From Podarcis pityusensis (Eukaryota), in assembly GCA_964106645.2 (NCBI GenBank), contig OZ067039.1: a DNA stretch of 64,000 nt. One strand, written 5' to 3'. Of the stretch, positions 12,479 to 24,038 are shown piece by piece. The notes below the pieces were generated by a model. It was not told where the DNA came from. It was given only the letters and a program-made list of their open reading frames with translations, and ran no database searches. The translations under genes and the position numbers were made by a program. Numbering within the stretch: position 1 is the stretch's first letter; each line of letters begins with the position of its first letter.

Positions 12479-13593
12479 ACAACTGACATTGGGATATCCT
12501 AAAGGAAAAAAGTGCATTTACATGGCAGTTTGCTTCATTTTCACAACATTTCCGAGGTGCTGGTTTCGACATTCAACTTGAGTTTTTACATGATGCAAAA
12601 GCCACTTCTGCAGTGCTTAGCATATGTATATAGGTTTTGTATATACACGCTGGAAGATTTCAGGACTGGTCAAGTCACTAAGGCTCATGCATCTTTCAAA
12701 ACAGCTGAGCTGTAAACAGGCAGTTGACATTTGCCACCTCGAGTTCATTTTGAACACTGCAGATATCTATGATAGCATTTTCAAAAACATTTTCAAACCC
12801 CTTGACTGAGCACACAGTGGTTGATCACCTTTCTTCTTCACTTTATCTGTATGGTGGCTCCCCTGCCTTTTTGTTTTGTAAAATACCAGGCTAATTTGAG
12901 ATGTCTCTCCCTCTGGGAATGTACCAATGAAACAAAGGAATACCTTATTGCACTTTACCTTTACAAGAGAAGTTTGCACCTCAGCTCCAGTGTAACTAAC
13001 ATTAAATGAATATCATCTTCAATTTCCTCATACTTCAAATACTGAACTACAGATGTTGAATTATACCAAACACAGCCCAGGGAATTAAGTCACAGCTATA
13101 CGGGAAATAGTGATACTGCTATCATGGATCCTATGTAGTTCTGTGAATAATTGCAATGATTCAGTCAGCTGCTGTACATCAAAGTATTTTAGATAAGTGG
13201 AAGTTTTAATATGTGGCTGATAAGTATGAATTTTTGGTCCGTTCTTTACTCCTTTTTTCATAAGTGATCTCTGATGTATCCTTTTCTTATAACCAAAAGG
13301 CTTATCAAACGAAGAAACATCCAAACCATCAGGGGCACAGTTAGTTAACTTGCAGCCCAGGGCAAAACAGAATCTTGGGAGTCTCCCGTTGCAAACACAC
13401 ACGCACCAAATTCTGTCAGTACATAACACAACATATTTATGTATATGGGAGAACAACATCATAAAGTTATTATGTAGTTTAGTATAGCCACAGTGGCAAA
13501 AGGAGAATCGATATTTCTGCAAAATGAGAAATAGACCCAATTAATTGTCTTATTTTTTGATTATCTGTAGTGATGATTATATCTTCATTAAAC

Positions 13594-13817
13594 ACCTTTA
13601 GGCGTCAGGCAGAAACGTTCCTTTTTAACCAGGCCATTGGTTGACTTGATCAGCATCCTATACCCTTTTAAAATGTGGCTCTTTTGGGGGGAGGGGTATT
13701 ATTGAGTTATTGTTTTTATTTTTATTTTATATGTTTTGATCTTTTTGTGAATCGCCCTGAGACCTCTGGGTATAGGGCAGTATATAAATTCAATAAATAA
13801 AATAAAATAAAATAAAT
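13594..13817 (+). mobile_element. L2-type LINE 3' end with (TAAAA)n tail
   Basis: ACCTTTAGGCGTCAGGCAGAAACG..., 3' stem CGCCCTGAG...TAGGGCAG, A-rich repeat tail. Confidence 0.65.
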
Positions 13818-15279
13818 GATTATTGTTTCTATGGGGCAATCATTCTGTCAGCACAAGCATTTCTGCTTGTTAGATGGAATTATCTTCCCTTTAACTGGCA
13901 CATATCAGTCTGGAGTTTCCCTCCATCAATCAGAGCAGATTTAGGCAGAACACAGGGGTGTGCATGGGGTGGAGAGTGGGGAAAGTCCCACTGTGCTAGT
14001 GGGACTCATCTTAGTTGCATCTGGCCCATGGAATCTAGAATCTCAGTTGTTCAATGTTGGTGGTCTCACAGACCCCCTAGTACTGTTTCTCACACACTCT
14101 TCAATAGAAAACCCAGAGTTATAACCATGGGAGGATGGGAGGTTGTGGGATAGTCTGTGCCACTCCATTTAACTGAATGCCACCTTACAGGTACATCTGT
14201 ATCTCCAGCCTCAGTGGTTTCAGCTCCCCAATGATACAGGTGCCTGGTTGAGTCATTACACTTCAGGGAGTGGCAGTGCTGGTGGAAGGGAGGAGAATTA
14301 CAGCCTGGTAGACAGATACCACCAAATGCGCATAAGATTTCAGCAGAACAATTGTAGTAAGTGCCTCATTTCCACGAAGTATTACATGAGTCAGTTCAAA
14401 AGCAGCAGAGAGTGAGATAGGATCTGTCTCATAAAGATGTAGAAAGGGGAAAGTTAGACAGAGGCTGGCTAAAAATAGAGGCAGAAAACAAATCATGAGA
14501 CATGTTTAAAACAAAAAAAAAGCAGCTCTTGAGAAAACTACCACAAGAAAAACCTCATGGTATCAGAACAGCGTTGAACCAAAAGACAGGATGATGTAGG
14601 AAAACTTTCCAAAAGACAAGCATATTTTGGTTAAAATTCTAAAATTTATGTTTTGATAGCATACTGAAACCAACACATTTCAAACAACATCCTTAAGTAA
14701 TAGACTAGCTCACACAATCCTTGTTGAATGTAGCATAGCAGTCACTCTTAAAAACATACACAACTCTTCTGCTTGGATAGACTTGAGCTTACTTCGCAAC
14801 TGTAAGGCTTCTGGGGTGTCAAGTGACTAGGAAGCATTTCAGTCCTTCAGACCCAACACATTTCCTGGACCTCCTTCAGCACATACTCAAACTGCTCCTG
14901 ACATGCCTCTATGGCCCTACCAGCTTTTCATGGCAGTAGAAAGTGGTGATCTTACACTGGATCTTCTTCAGTGATTTCTGATCTATTTCTCCAGTGTTGA
15001 AGAGTCAAATCTGAGATACTTTCCAGCGCCTTCAGTAGGGACCATAGGATTCGCCTTTAGTTGGGATTTGTTACCACTGAACTCAGCAGGAATTTCTTTC
15101 TGCTTTACTTATATGCAACCCCAAATATTGAATTAATTTGTTATGGGTTGCTTCTAAAAATCCCATGTTGGTTATAATTATGAATGACCTTGAATTAAAG
15201 TGAACAATTGTGAGGCAGCCAAATTGTCTGCTATGAATATCTGAATGTAATTTAAGGCTTTTATTTATTTATTGTTACG

Positions 15280-15400
15280 GCAGGGATGAGGAACATGTGG
15301 TCATCTCAACTGTGTGGAATACAACTCCCATCATCCCTAGCTGTTGGCCATGCTGACCAGGGAAGTTGGATCCCCAAAACACATGGAAAGTATTCCCCAC
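15280..15400. mobile_element. Degraded hAT-type MITE
   Basis: TACAACTCCCATCATCCCTAGC core shared with the element at 19034-20511. Confidence 0.5.
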
Positions 15401-17370
15401 ACCTCCTTTTTTGTACTTTATTGCTTTTTGCCCATGTGCAAGATAGTCCCAGTGCAGACCAACCTGAGGGCAGCCCCACTCAAGGAAGGCTCATTGCCAC
15501 AGATCCCAGTGCAACACTCCTCTCTATTCCTATCCATGATGCATATTCACATTGGGTCGCATGCACCCATGAGCCATTATAGGAGGCTGGCGCACTTCCT
15601 GTTTTCCCAATATAGCATTTTAAACTTGAACATGCCCAGCTGGGTTGGTGAGTGAAGGCTAGCTGGCGAAGCAAAAATATACACTAGCCTCTTGTTCTGA
15701 GGTGCTGTTCCAGTGTTCTCATATGCACACAGTGCAGAGAAGGAGGGGCAGGAAAGCACGTTCTCTTCATTTGCTACAAACCAGAAAACAAGAGATCAGT
15801 TGCTGTGTTTTCGGATCCTGCTGCATGCGATGAATGAAGGAATACTATCCAGCCTGGCAGTGTGCCTGCATATTAATTTCTGCATGCACAATATGCTTCC
15901 TATTCGGGAAAGCAGCGCAGCCGTAATACAATGTGCCTTCACCAGTCTGTGCTTCCATATTGGCTATCCACATCTTGAAGCAGATACAGTGAGATACTAG
16001 TAACTCATGCAACCCTTTTGTGCAGAGATATCTTTGGAAGAAGCCACATCTTTTCTCTATGCAGCTCTCCCTTATCTCAGGGATGTATGAAAACACTACC
16101 ATAAGGGGTGTGTGTGTATGTGTGTGTATGTGTGTGTGGTGGGGGTAGGAGCATCATCAACTAAAGTCTAGGTTTTCAGTTGCTGAAATATTCACATTAG
16201 TGAATATGCTCCCCCCCCCCCTTTATTTGAACACATGGTTTCTTACAGGAACAAAATGGCATCTTCTTTTCTTGTAGATTTATTTTCAAGCAATTGGCCA
16301 AGATGTTCCTATGGTAACAGATACAATTTAATTTCCCTGATGTATTGCAGAAGAAAAATGGATTGGATTTCATCTGACATGGATCTAGGTAGGCCATATC
16401 GCTGGTTATTAAGCACAGTCGCTCAAATTATCCTGCGGCAGCAGCTTTGGGTTAGTTAAAGAAACCTTTCTGATGAGATTCTCAGGGTATTTTTCTTTGA
16501 GCTACCATGTTGTGGGGAAACCCGTCAGCCATGCAGAAGATATTTTAGGATGTTTAATGGGCTTACAGTGCAAACCTTCTGGGAAGTAAGTCCTATTTAG
16601 TTAAATACAGCCTTATAGCACAGGATTGTAGCTTGTATAACATCCGTAGCTCCCAGGTCAAAAAGGGGTGTCCCATCATTAGGTTCAGTGGAAGAATTCC
16701 TGCATGTATATAAATATGTATCTTCCATTGACATTTATAGGCCAATGTCTGTAGAGGAGAGCTCAGTGTGGTCATTTCACACTTGAACTATTTGTGTGAT
16801 AGTTTGGTGAGAATGCTTAAACGTGAATGTGTCTAGGACAAGCAGTTGCACTATCAGTCTCAAAACATTTGAACATCAAGGTTTAATTCGAGCATGCAAG
16901 GTTTCAGTGCATCTCAGGGTCCAGTAATACAGTATGTGGCAATGGTGGCTTGTGTGGAAGCTGAGGCAGTCTTCCAGCAGTGCTGCATTTGTTGAGATGA
17001 GGTGAGGTGGTAGGAGCAGCAGCCCCGCAGTGCACACGCAATGCAGGGACATTGCCACAAGTCTGGAACTTCCTCAAGCTCACCACCATCTTGCCCCATG
17101 TCCTGATGAGCACATGGCTGCCTCCAGAATGACATCTCTGGCTCCCCCAATGAGCCGCTGTTGGTGTGAGAGGCTATCAGTATCCTTGCATGGTGTGTGT
17201 GTAGCTCTGTGGGTGGAAATTTGTTCACAGCTGAAGCACTGGGAGAAGGCTGATCCTGTGGGCCATCTTTGCAACTGAATTCTCTTTCCACCTGTCCTCA
17301 CATTTGAGAACATAAGGACATAAATCAAGTTCCCAGCAACTGGACAGTGGAGAAAGAAAATAGACATAAT

Positions 17371-17493
17371 GACTAGTAGCCACTAATAGCCTTGTCCTCC
17401 ATGAATTTGTCTAATCTTCTTTTAGAGCCATCCAAGTTGGTGACCATCAATGTCTCATGTGGGAGCAAGTTCTCTAGTTTAACCATGCACTGC
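17371..17493 (-). mobile_element. CR1 LINE ORF2 C-terminal fragment
   Basis: Minus-strand peptide MVTNLDGSKRRLDKFMEDKAISGY*, a typical CR1 end. Confidence 0.75.
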
Positions 17494-17894
17494 TTTCTGG
17501 AAAAGCCACTCCAACAAAGTTTATGGGATGAAAAATTTCCCTCACATGTCACCTTCACAAAGTTACTTGTCAAACATTTACCGTAACTCATTTAAAATGA
17601 GGCAGATATTATTCTTTCTGTCCTAGATTTGGCATGGACAATCACCATCATTTCCTATACAGTACAGCCAAGTTTCAAAGCAGTCTGCTGAAACGTCTTC
17701 GAACTGTACTACTTTCTCATCATTATTATGGCAGAATGTAATTTCATCAACACACCCTTAACCAGAACTGTGGTCCTATAATGCCTCTGGTGTAAGATAC
17801 AGTAGGTAACAAGTAGGACTGAACTAAAAATGGTTGTTTCATTTTCACACAAAACTTCCACTTATTTCTGTTTGTTTGAGTGCTCCTTTGAGAT

Positions 17895-17940
17895 TCTCTC
17901 TTTCTTTCTCTTTCTTTCTCTCTCTCTCTATCTCTCTCTC
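17895..17940. repeat. (TC)n/(TTTC)n microsatellite
   Basis: Direct. Confidence 0.9.
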
Positions 17941-19084
17941 CCTTGTCTAAGACCTAGCCAACCAAATTTCTCAGAGTGAGCTGTGCTAAAGAACCATAGG
18001 AGAAGCACATCTTATTTGGAGAATAAGCCCAGTTTCATAATCAATAGCCTTGGATGAAACATACTGACTCACATAAAATTGAAGTAAACAGATATCTCTG
18101 TTCAAAATATTGGTGGTTGTTGTTTTTTTAATGTTGCTAAGTTGACATACTGTAAACAACCAATTAAGGTTTTTAAATGTTAAAATACTTTGTCATTAGA
18201 TGTTATATTTAGCTGAATGGTTCCCTTGAAAGGAACAGAGTTCAAGACTAAAGAGAAAGTGGATTATTTATCACAGATAAATGGGGAAGGCAGTCTCCTG
18301 AAGAACAGATGCCTCTAATTAAAATGCTGTGTTGTTTCTAACATTTAACCTTGCACAAGAAAACTGTCTAACTCTTTTGTTGTTGCTACACTCACAGACA
18401 GTCAGAGTGAATAATCAGTAGGGTGATCATTTGTGATATTGTCAAAATAACTCAAAATATGGCACACATTTCCCATGAGCATGTAGCATCATTCCCAGGG
18501 TGGCTTCTCCAGTTACAGGTATGTCACTGCTTCAACCCTTCCAAAGGTTATTAGAAATGCTTTACCGCTTTGCCCAACGCACAAACACCTTTTGCGGGGG
18601 ACAAATGGCCTGGTGAATGGAGCCTGCTGTTCTCCCTCTGCTGTTGAATCATTGAGGGAGGTTGGGAGGCAGGCAATTCCTTCAGAGAAGGTGCCTGTGA
18701 GACGTCTGGCTATGATTTTATAGGCCAGGGCCCTGTGGGATTTGGTCAAGGAGGCTCTTGCCTGCCAGTCAGCCGCAGACTTCATGCCCCTGGCTCCCCA
18801 ATGTCATGATCACTGCTGGACTCTGGGATCATGACGCCAAAACTTATGCACACTCTCTAGGACATGTGTTAGGAAGTTTCTGCAAATACACATGCAGGAT
18901 TTTTTACACATGTTGCAACGAATGTGTGTAGGTCAGGAGAAGAGCCTACCCTGAGTGGCATAGACGAAAGGAGTGTGATAAGCAATCACACTTATCTATC
19001 AATATTCCAATCTCCCAGTTACTCGTACTAGACCAGGCACAGGCAAACTCGGCCCTCCAGATGTTTGGGACTACAACTCCCATC

Positions 19085-20422
19085 CGTTGCGTTCTGAGGC
19101 CAAAGGAAGGACTGGACCCTGATTAAAAATCAAGACACGAGGCTTTGACCAGCAAGGCTCTCGGAGAAAAGTGCGTAAACCACACCCCTCACCAGGCCAT
19201 TTTATTAACAAAAGAATCCTTCACACAGTGCTCATGAGAACCAATCATATTTCCTCTGAGCATTTCATCAACCCCCACGTGGGGAAAAAGTTACACTGCA
19301 ACACTAATTAGCATGCATATATTTGGGGGTAAATAAGTTGAGAACTACAAAGGGGTGGTGAATAAGTTGAGAACTACAAAGGGGAGCATCTGGCAACCCC
19401 AGAGGTGAGAAATAAACATGATAAGAAGGATGGCCAGAAAGATCAGATCACTATCACCTTCATGTGAGATCTGTTTCCTGGCTCCAAGATTAACATCTTA
19501 AGATAAATATATAAGAAAACTACATCAAAGAAACTTGCCCACTATCTTTATGGCCCAGGATGCCTGCCTGGTGAAGCAACTGCTGTGTACGTGACATGTG
19601 AGGAAGAGAGGAATGGGCAGTAGAGGCAAAAGGGCATGAAAAGGGCATGAATGTAGAATCTTATGGGATTTACCCTATTTTTCGCACCATAGGACGCACA
19701 GGACAATAGGACGCACCTTGTTTTAGAGGGGGGAGAACAAGAAAAAAAAATTCTCCCCCTCTCTGCCCAGCGCCCCTTCAGCGAAGCGGCAGGAGGCGCT
19801 GCGCAGAGAGGGGGAGAATTTTCCCCCTCTTGTTTTCCCCCTCTAAAACAAGGTGCCGTTTAAGGTGTGTTCAGTCGCCTTCAGGCGGCTACCTTGGAAG
19901 CCTGGAGAGTGAGAGGGGTCGGTGCGCACTGACCCCTCTTGCTCTCCAGGCTTCAGGTTCCTTTCGACCTGCTCTTTGGGGCTGGCGGGGGGAAGCCCAC
20001 CACCAGCCCCAAAGAGCAGGTCGGGGAGCAGCGGAAAGGCACGCAGCGGAGAGGCTGCTGCCATAGTCACGCGTCACCTCTCCAGCTGGGAGAGGGTCGC
20101 GGGGCTATGGCTTCTTTAGCCCCGCACGCGCTCTCCCAGCTGGAGAGGTGGCGCGTGGCTAAAGAGGCTCCTGCCATAGCCGCGCGTCACCTCTCCAGCC
20201 AGCAGAGGGTCGTGGGGCTATGCCGTCTTCGCTCCATAGGACTCACACACATTTCCCCTTCATTTTTGAAGGGGAAAAAGTGCGTCCTATAGAGCGAAAT
20301 ATACGGCAATCAGAAATTATCGTCAATATATCAAACCCAGTCAACACAATGCTTTCATCATGGACACGATGGCTTGATGTATATTTTATAATTCCTCATG
20401 GTAATCCCATCTGATCCCTACA
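19085..20422 (-). mobile_element. Putative solo LTR (~700 bp after removing the nested MITE)
   Basis: Minus-strand ends TGTAGGGA...GCAACG; 5-bp TSD CCATC/CCACC whose removal restores the host MITE core CTCCCATCATCCCT; minus-strand AATAAA at ~19200; 25-bp internal duplication at 19331-19384. Confidence 0.6.
19673..20306. mobile_element. Tc2/pogo-like MITE with GC-rich internal inverted repeats
   Basis: TIRs CCCTATTTTTCGCACCATAGGACGCAC / GTGCGTCCTATAGAGCGAAATATACGG; internal sequence homologous (inverted) to 36072-36747. Confidence 0.85.
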
Positions 20423-20711
20423 CCACCATCCCTAGCTAACAGGAGCAGTGGTCAGGGATTATGGGAATTGTAGTCCCAAAACACCTGGAGGGCCGAGTTT
20501 GCCTATGCTTGTACTAGCAGTGTAACCAAGAAACAAAATCCATGATGCAGCTTAGATCAAACAAAGCTTGGCTCAAACTTGCTTTACTGTCATTTAGGGT
20601 GATGATGGCTTTATCCTCCACTCAATATTATCCCCCAAAGGGTTCTTTTACCTTCTCCCATACAAGTGAATTATTGCCTCTTGGGAAAAGGGAACTTGTG
20701 GCTCTCTAGTT

Positions 20712-20850
20712 ACAGACCTTCCAAGTGTCCCTATTTTCCAGGGACAGTCCCAGATTTACAGAAGCCATCCTGGTTTCTGATCTCATCCTGGAATGTCCTA
20801 CTTTTCCTTAGGACGTCCCTATTTTCATCAGAGAAATGTCAGAGGGCATG
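20712..20850 (+). repeat. Interspersed repeat fragment (family also at 39272-39605)
   Basis: CAGACC(C/T)TCCAAGT(G/A)TCCCTATTTTCCAGGGAC...TTTTCCTTAGGA shared between the two loci. Confidence 0.7.
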
Positions 20851-22026
20851 GAGTTACGTGACCTCCCAGTTTTTTCCACAGAATCCTTGCAGCTGAATAG
20901 TCAGGCTTTTCTTCCACATCTTCCACACCACCTGTCATAATTGTCGCTATTGTTTCAGAAAACAAAGAAGCCTAGAAGCCTAGGAAGTTAAGGCTGTAGC
21001 ATGTATCAGTGGCTTGTTAGTGCTAAGGCCTCCAGCTGGGTAGGTGAATTGACATGAAGGAAAGCTGCCAAACAGTTAACATGGTTTCAAGTCTGCCTGG
21101 GTCCACAGTGGTACAGGTGAGCACAGGATGTGTGTGTTATAAAAGACTCACCAAATGTGAAACAAACCTTTCTGAACAGCTGCCCAGCTTGTCATTAGTC
21201 AATCTAATGTGAAGATGATGCAAGAAAACAATTAGTTTGAAGAACAGCCCCTGTCTGCTCATGTGGATACTGGTTATTTCACTCTCAGGTATGAATACAG
21301 AGAATTGACCAAAAAAAAGAAGAAGGTAATTTTCTTTTTCCTGAAGGCTCAATACTTCCCAGCAGGAGAAATATGTCCATTTTGACTGTGGCTTTTTAAA
21401 AATAACATATGATTATATTTCATTATCACAACAGCTTGATTTATCTCCTTTGTCAATATTTGTCTTCATCTTGCTGCTGCTTATCTCCAGGGTGCAGAAT
21501 CTTACATCCTGATCGTAGGCAAAATTATGTGCTTATCATGAGGCCACAATTGGTTTACAATTGAAGCTTGAGGCTCCCTCCCAAAGTGTTAATAAGAGCC
21601 CAGATCTAAAAATTTTGGGAGTTTGTACTAAGTTCACGCTGTCAGTGCATTTTAGAGCATTTTATAGCCCAGGGGATGGAGTACCAAGATGTGTAGATTA
21701 ATACAAAGTTGATAATAAACTTGAGGCTCACTACTTTTTCATTCTACCAGATTCACCATTCTGAAATGTATCAATTCTTCCTCTTCTTCTTTTTAAACCG
21801 CTGGCTGTCACACTCTTGTTTGCTTGATGAAAGCAAATGAAAGGACTTCATCCGAAAAGGCAGCCTATAAATATTTAAAATACATGAAAAATAAATAGTA
21901 CAAAACAGGCATGGCCAACTGGCAGTCAGTAACGCAAGGAGGAAATAAATCCCAACAAACTAAAGGTGTAATTTTTAAAAAGGGGATCAAATGTATACAA
22001 CTATACAGTACAGTAATACATTTACT

Positions 22027-22173
22027 CAGTGCTTAAAAAAAAAATGTTTAGGGGTACTCTCATTTTCCTACTCATCTTGAAATAATGCCCCTCAATGAGG
22101 CCAAACTTAGATTCACAAAATGTTTAGGGGTTTGCATACCCCTGCGCCTCCCCCCCCCGAAAAAAAAACAATG
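22027..22173. mobile_element. hAT-type MITE
   Basis: Ends CAGTG...CAATG; perfect 8-bp TSD CATTTACT at 22019-22026 and 22174-22181. Confidence 0.75.
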
Positions 22174-22322
22174 CATTTACTGTACAAAACTGGCAGCCTC
22201 CGTGGCAATTCTGGCTCTTAACAACCTTTCCCCCTCTTCCTTTCAAGAGGGTACCATGGAGGTAGCTCCAGTCATGTAGTGTAGAATCCAAAGCCATTCT
22301 TATGACTAGGAAATAGAAGATG

Positions 22323-22332
22323 CAAGATGGCG
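22323..22332 (+). promoter_or_regulatory. YY1-type motif at the LINE 5' end (putative internal promoter)
   Basis: CAAGATGGCG starts at nucleotide 8 of the element, like the YY1 site at the 5' end of mammalian L1. Confidence 0.55.
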
Positions 22333-22586
22333 ACGTGAGCGGCAGCCTTGTCTTATGCTCGGTAAAGCTATGTTTTTACTATCTGCTTTGATGGGTTCTA
22401 AGGGCTCTAAGATGCCTTAAGGCGTTTATTTTAGAAGTTTTATGGTTTAGATTATTTCTACTTCTCCCATAAATCTGCAAGAAAACGCGGCAGATAAAGA
22501 CTGTTAAAGGGAGTAGGGCTCATTAACAGCACAACCTGCCCTGACCCTGCTATTTTGAGAAATTTTCTCCCTATTTTCTTGCCGAC

Positions 22587-24038
22587 ATGAGAGGGAAGAA
22601 ACGCCGCAGGCAGCATTCCAATGAAGCTACGAGCACTGCCAAAAAACAGACAAATATCAGGGATTTCTTGCCTGACAATGACCTAAATGAGATCTGTAGA
22701 AACTTCCCCATAGCAAACAGCTATGAGGTCCTTGCTCCCAGTACTACTCATGAGGAGCCTGCCGGCATTGTGGATGGCCCACAACTAGCCTCGAGCCTGT
22801 GTATGAAGGAACAGATGGAACAGACTCTTGAGTCCCTGCAAAAAACTTCACCTGAATTATCCCAGTCACCAGCCCAGTTAAACAAGGACCGAGAGGCACT
22901 GGAACTGCTAATCTGCCAGACTGAGTTGATAACACATACCATCATCAACTTATATAAAAGGCTGGATGGGATCGAAAAGAAGCTTGAAAAAGTCTTTGGC
23001 TTGTTCAGTTGCCCCCCCTCACTTCCTCAGCTTAACAATATTGCAAACTCCTCTCACCCCTGCCCAAGTGTGCAGGCCAACCTTGCACAAAAACAAGTGA
23101 GATGCCTGCCCAACCAAGTACAAAACTCAAGTCTGCAACTCCAGAACAGCAAACTTGCAGTACTGGTGGGAAACCACCCCTTGAATTATAACAAATGGGC
23201 GGATAAACATTTGGTCACAAATTCCCTGACCCAACTGCTGGGGCAGACATTACGCCCCGTAGATATCGTGGACATCTCATGGCTGCCTTCTGGACCTTAT
23301 ATGAGACGTATGGTTATTAACTTTAGATCTGCCCATTTCGTTGCAAAGATTCTAAAATTAAGAAACCGTACAAGAAAATGGTACATCTATTTTACAAGGG
23401 TATTCACCAATCTGACCCGTACACCGCTATGCACCAGGATAGGTGCTGTCTGTGTTGATGCTGGGCCTGTGCGCCATAAAGAACAAATAGACGGGGGAAT
23501 GGAGCCGGGATCTATTACCCCACAGGGAGTGGCAAGCCTGCCCGCAAATGACTTAATTGATTTCCTACACCCCCCGCTTGGTACCCTGGTCTCTACGTGC
23601 AACGAGCCTGGCATTGGACTACCCAAGCAAGACCAGTCTGAAATGCTCTCGTCCTCATATGCCTCGATGCCGGAATTGGAGGCTTCCATTATTCTAAGCC
23701 CAATACGCAATCAAGATCCACAGCTTTTGTCAAATTTTGACCCGCTAGCAGTACCGACGCAAGATGCAGCTGTCGACCTGCTACCTGTACAGCCTATACG
23801 GGTCGGCAAAACCCTTGCTCTGCGAAAACCAGCTGAACATCATGATACATCAGCTGAACAACATGATATTTGTAACGGTGTCATCGAAGATCCTCTGGGC
23901 CAAATCAACCTATTGGCCCCTCAGTTAAAGCTATCACACCTATCTAGGGACCAGCGACCTCAAACCTGGAACCACCAAGCAGGGCAGATAGAGGAGGAGC
24001 CCAGCTCAGGAGCCTCAAACCACCGGAAAAGAGATTGA
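22587..24038 (+). CDS. LINE ORF1 protein, 483 aa (basic NLS-like N-terminus, PIP-like motif, coiled coil, putative RRM-like domain, Pro/Gln-rich linker)
   Basis: Long ATG-initiated ORF inside the TSD-bounded element; heptad-like segment at ~aa 70-135; RRMVINF...KILKLR...YIYF segment resembles LINE ORF1 RRM regions. Confidence 0.85.
   Translation: MRGKKRRRQHSNEATSTAKKQTNIRDFLPDNDLNEICRNFPIANSYEVLAPSTTHEEPAGIVDGPQLASSLCMKEQMEQTLESLQKTSPELSQSPAQLNKDREALELLICQTELITHTIINLYKRLDGIEKKLEKVFGLFSCPPSLPQLNNIANSSHPCPSVQANLAQKQVRCLPNQVQNSSLQLQNSKLAVLVGNHPLNYNKWADKHLVTNSLTQLLGQTLRPVDIVDISWLPSGPYMRRMVINFRSAHFVAKILKLRNRTRKWYIYFTRVFTNLTRTPLCTRIGAVCVDAGPVRHKEQIDGGMEPGSITPQGVASLPANDLIDFLHPPLGTLVSTCNEPGIGLPKQDQSEMLSSSYASMPELEASIILSPIRNQDPQLLSNFDPLAVPTQDAAVDLLPVQPIRVGKTLALRKPAEHHDTSAEQHDICNGVIEDPLGQINLLAPQLKLSHLSRDQRPQTWNHQAGQIEEEPSSGASNHRKRD

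Larger units (their letters stand above)
19034..20511. mobile_element. hAT (Charlie-like) MITE, host of two nested insertions (arms 19034-19084 and 20423-20511)
   Basis: TIRs CAGGCACAGGCAAACTCGGCCCTCCAG / CTGGAGGGCCGAGTTTGCCTATGCTTG; 8-bp flanks TACTAGAC / TACTAGCA. Confidence 0.8.

Noticed and set aside
12030-12581. 183-aa plus-strand ORF
   Set aside because: Reads through an antisense Sauria SINE.
16876-17367. Cluster of 60-125 aa ORFs on both strands
   Set aside because: No recognisable domain, splice structure or TE hallmark; consistent with chance ORFs in moderately GC-rich DNA.
20199-20213. CTCF-like site CCAGCAGAGGGTCG
   Set aside because: Mismatched at the conserved GGC end and inside a repeat unit; not supportable without ChIP data.
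24036-24038. Selenocysteine recoding of the ORF1 UGA
   Set aside because: No SECIS-like AUGA...AA...GA hairpin is evident in the short 3'UTR (27420-27553), and the position is in a linker rather than a catalytic site.
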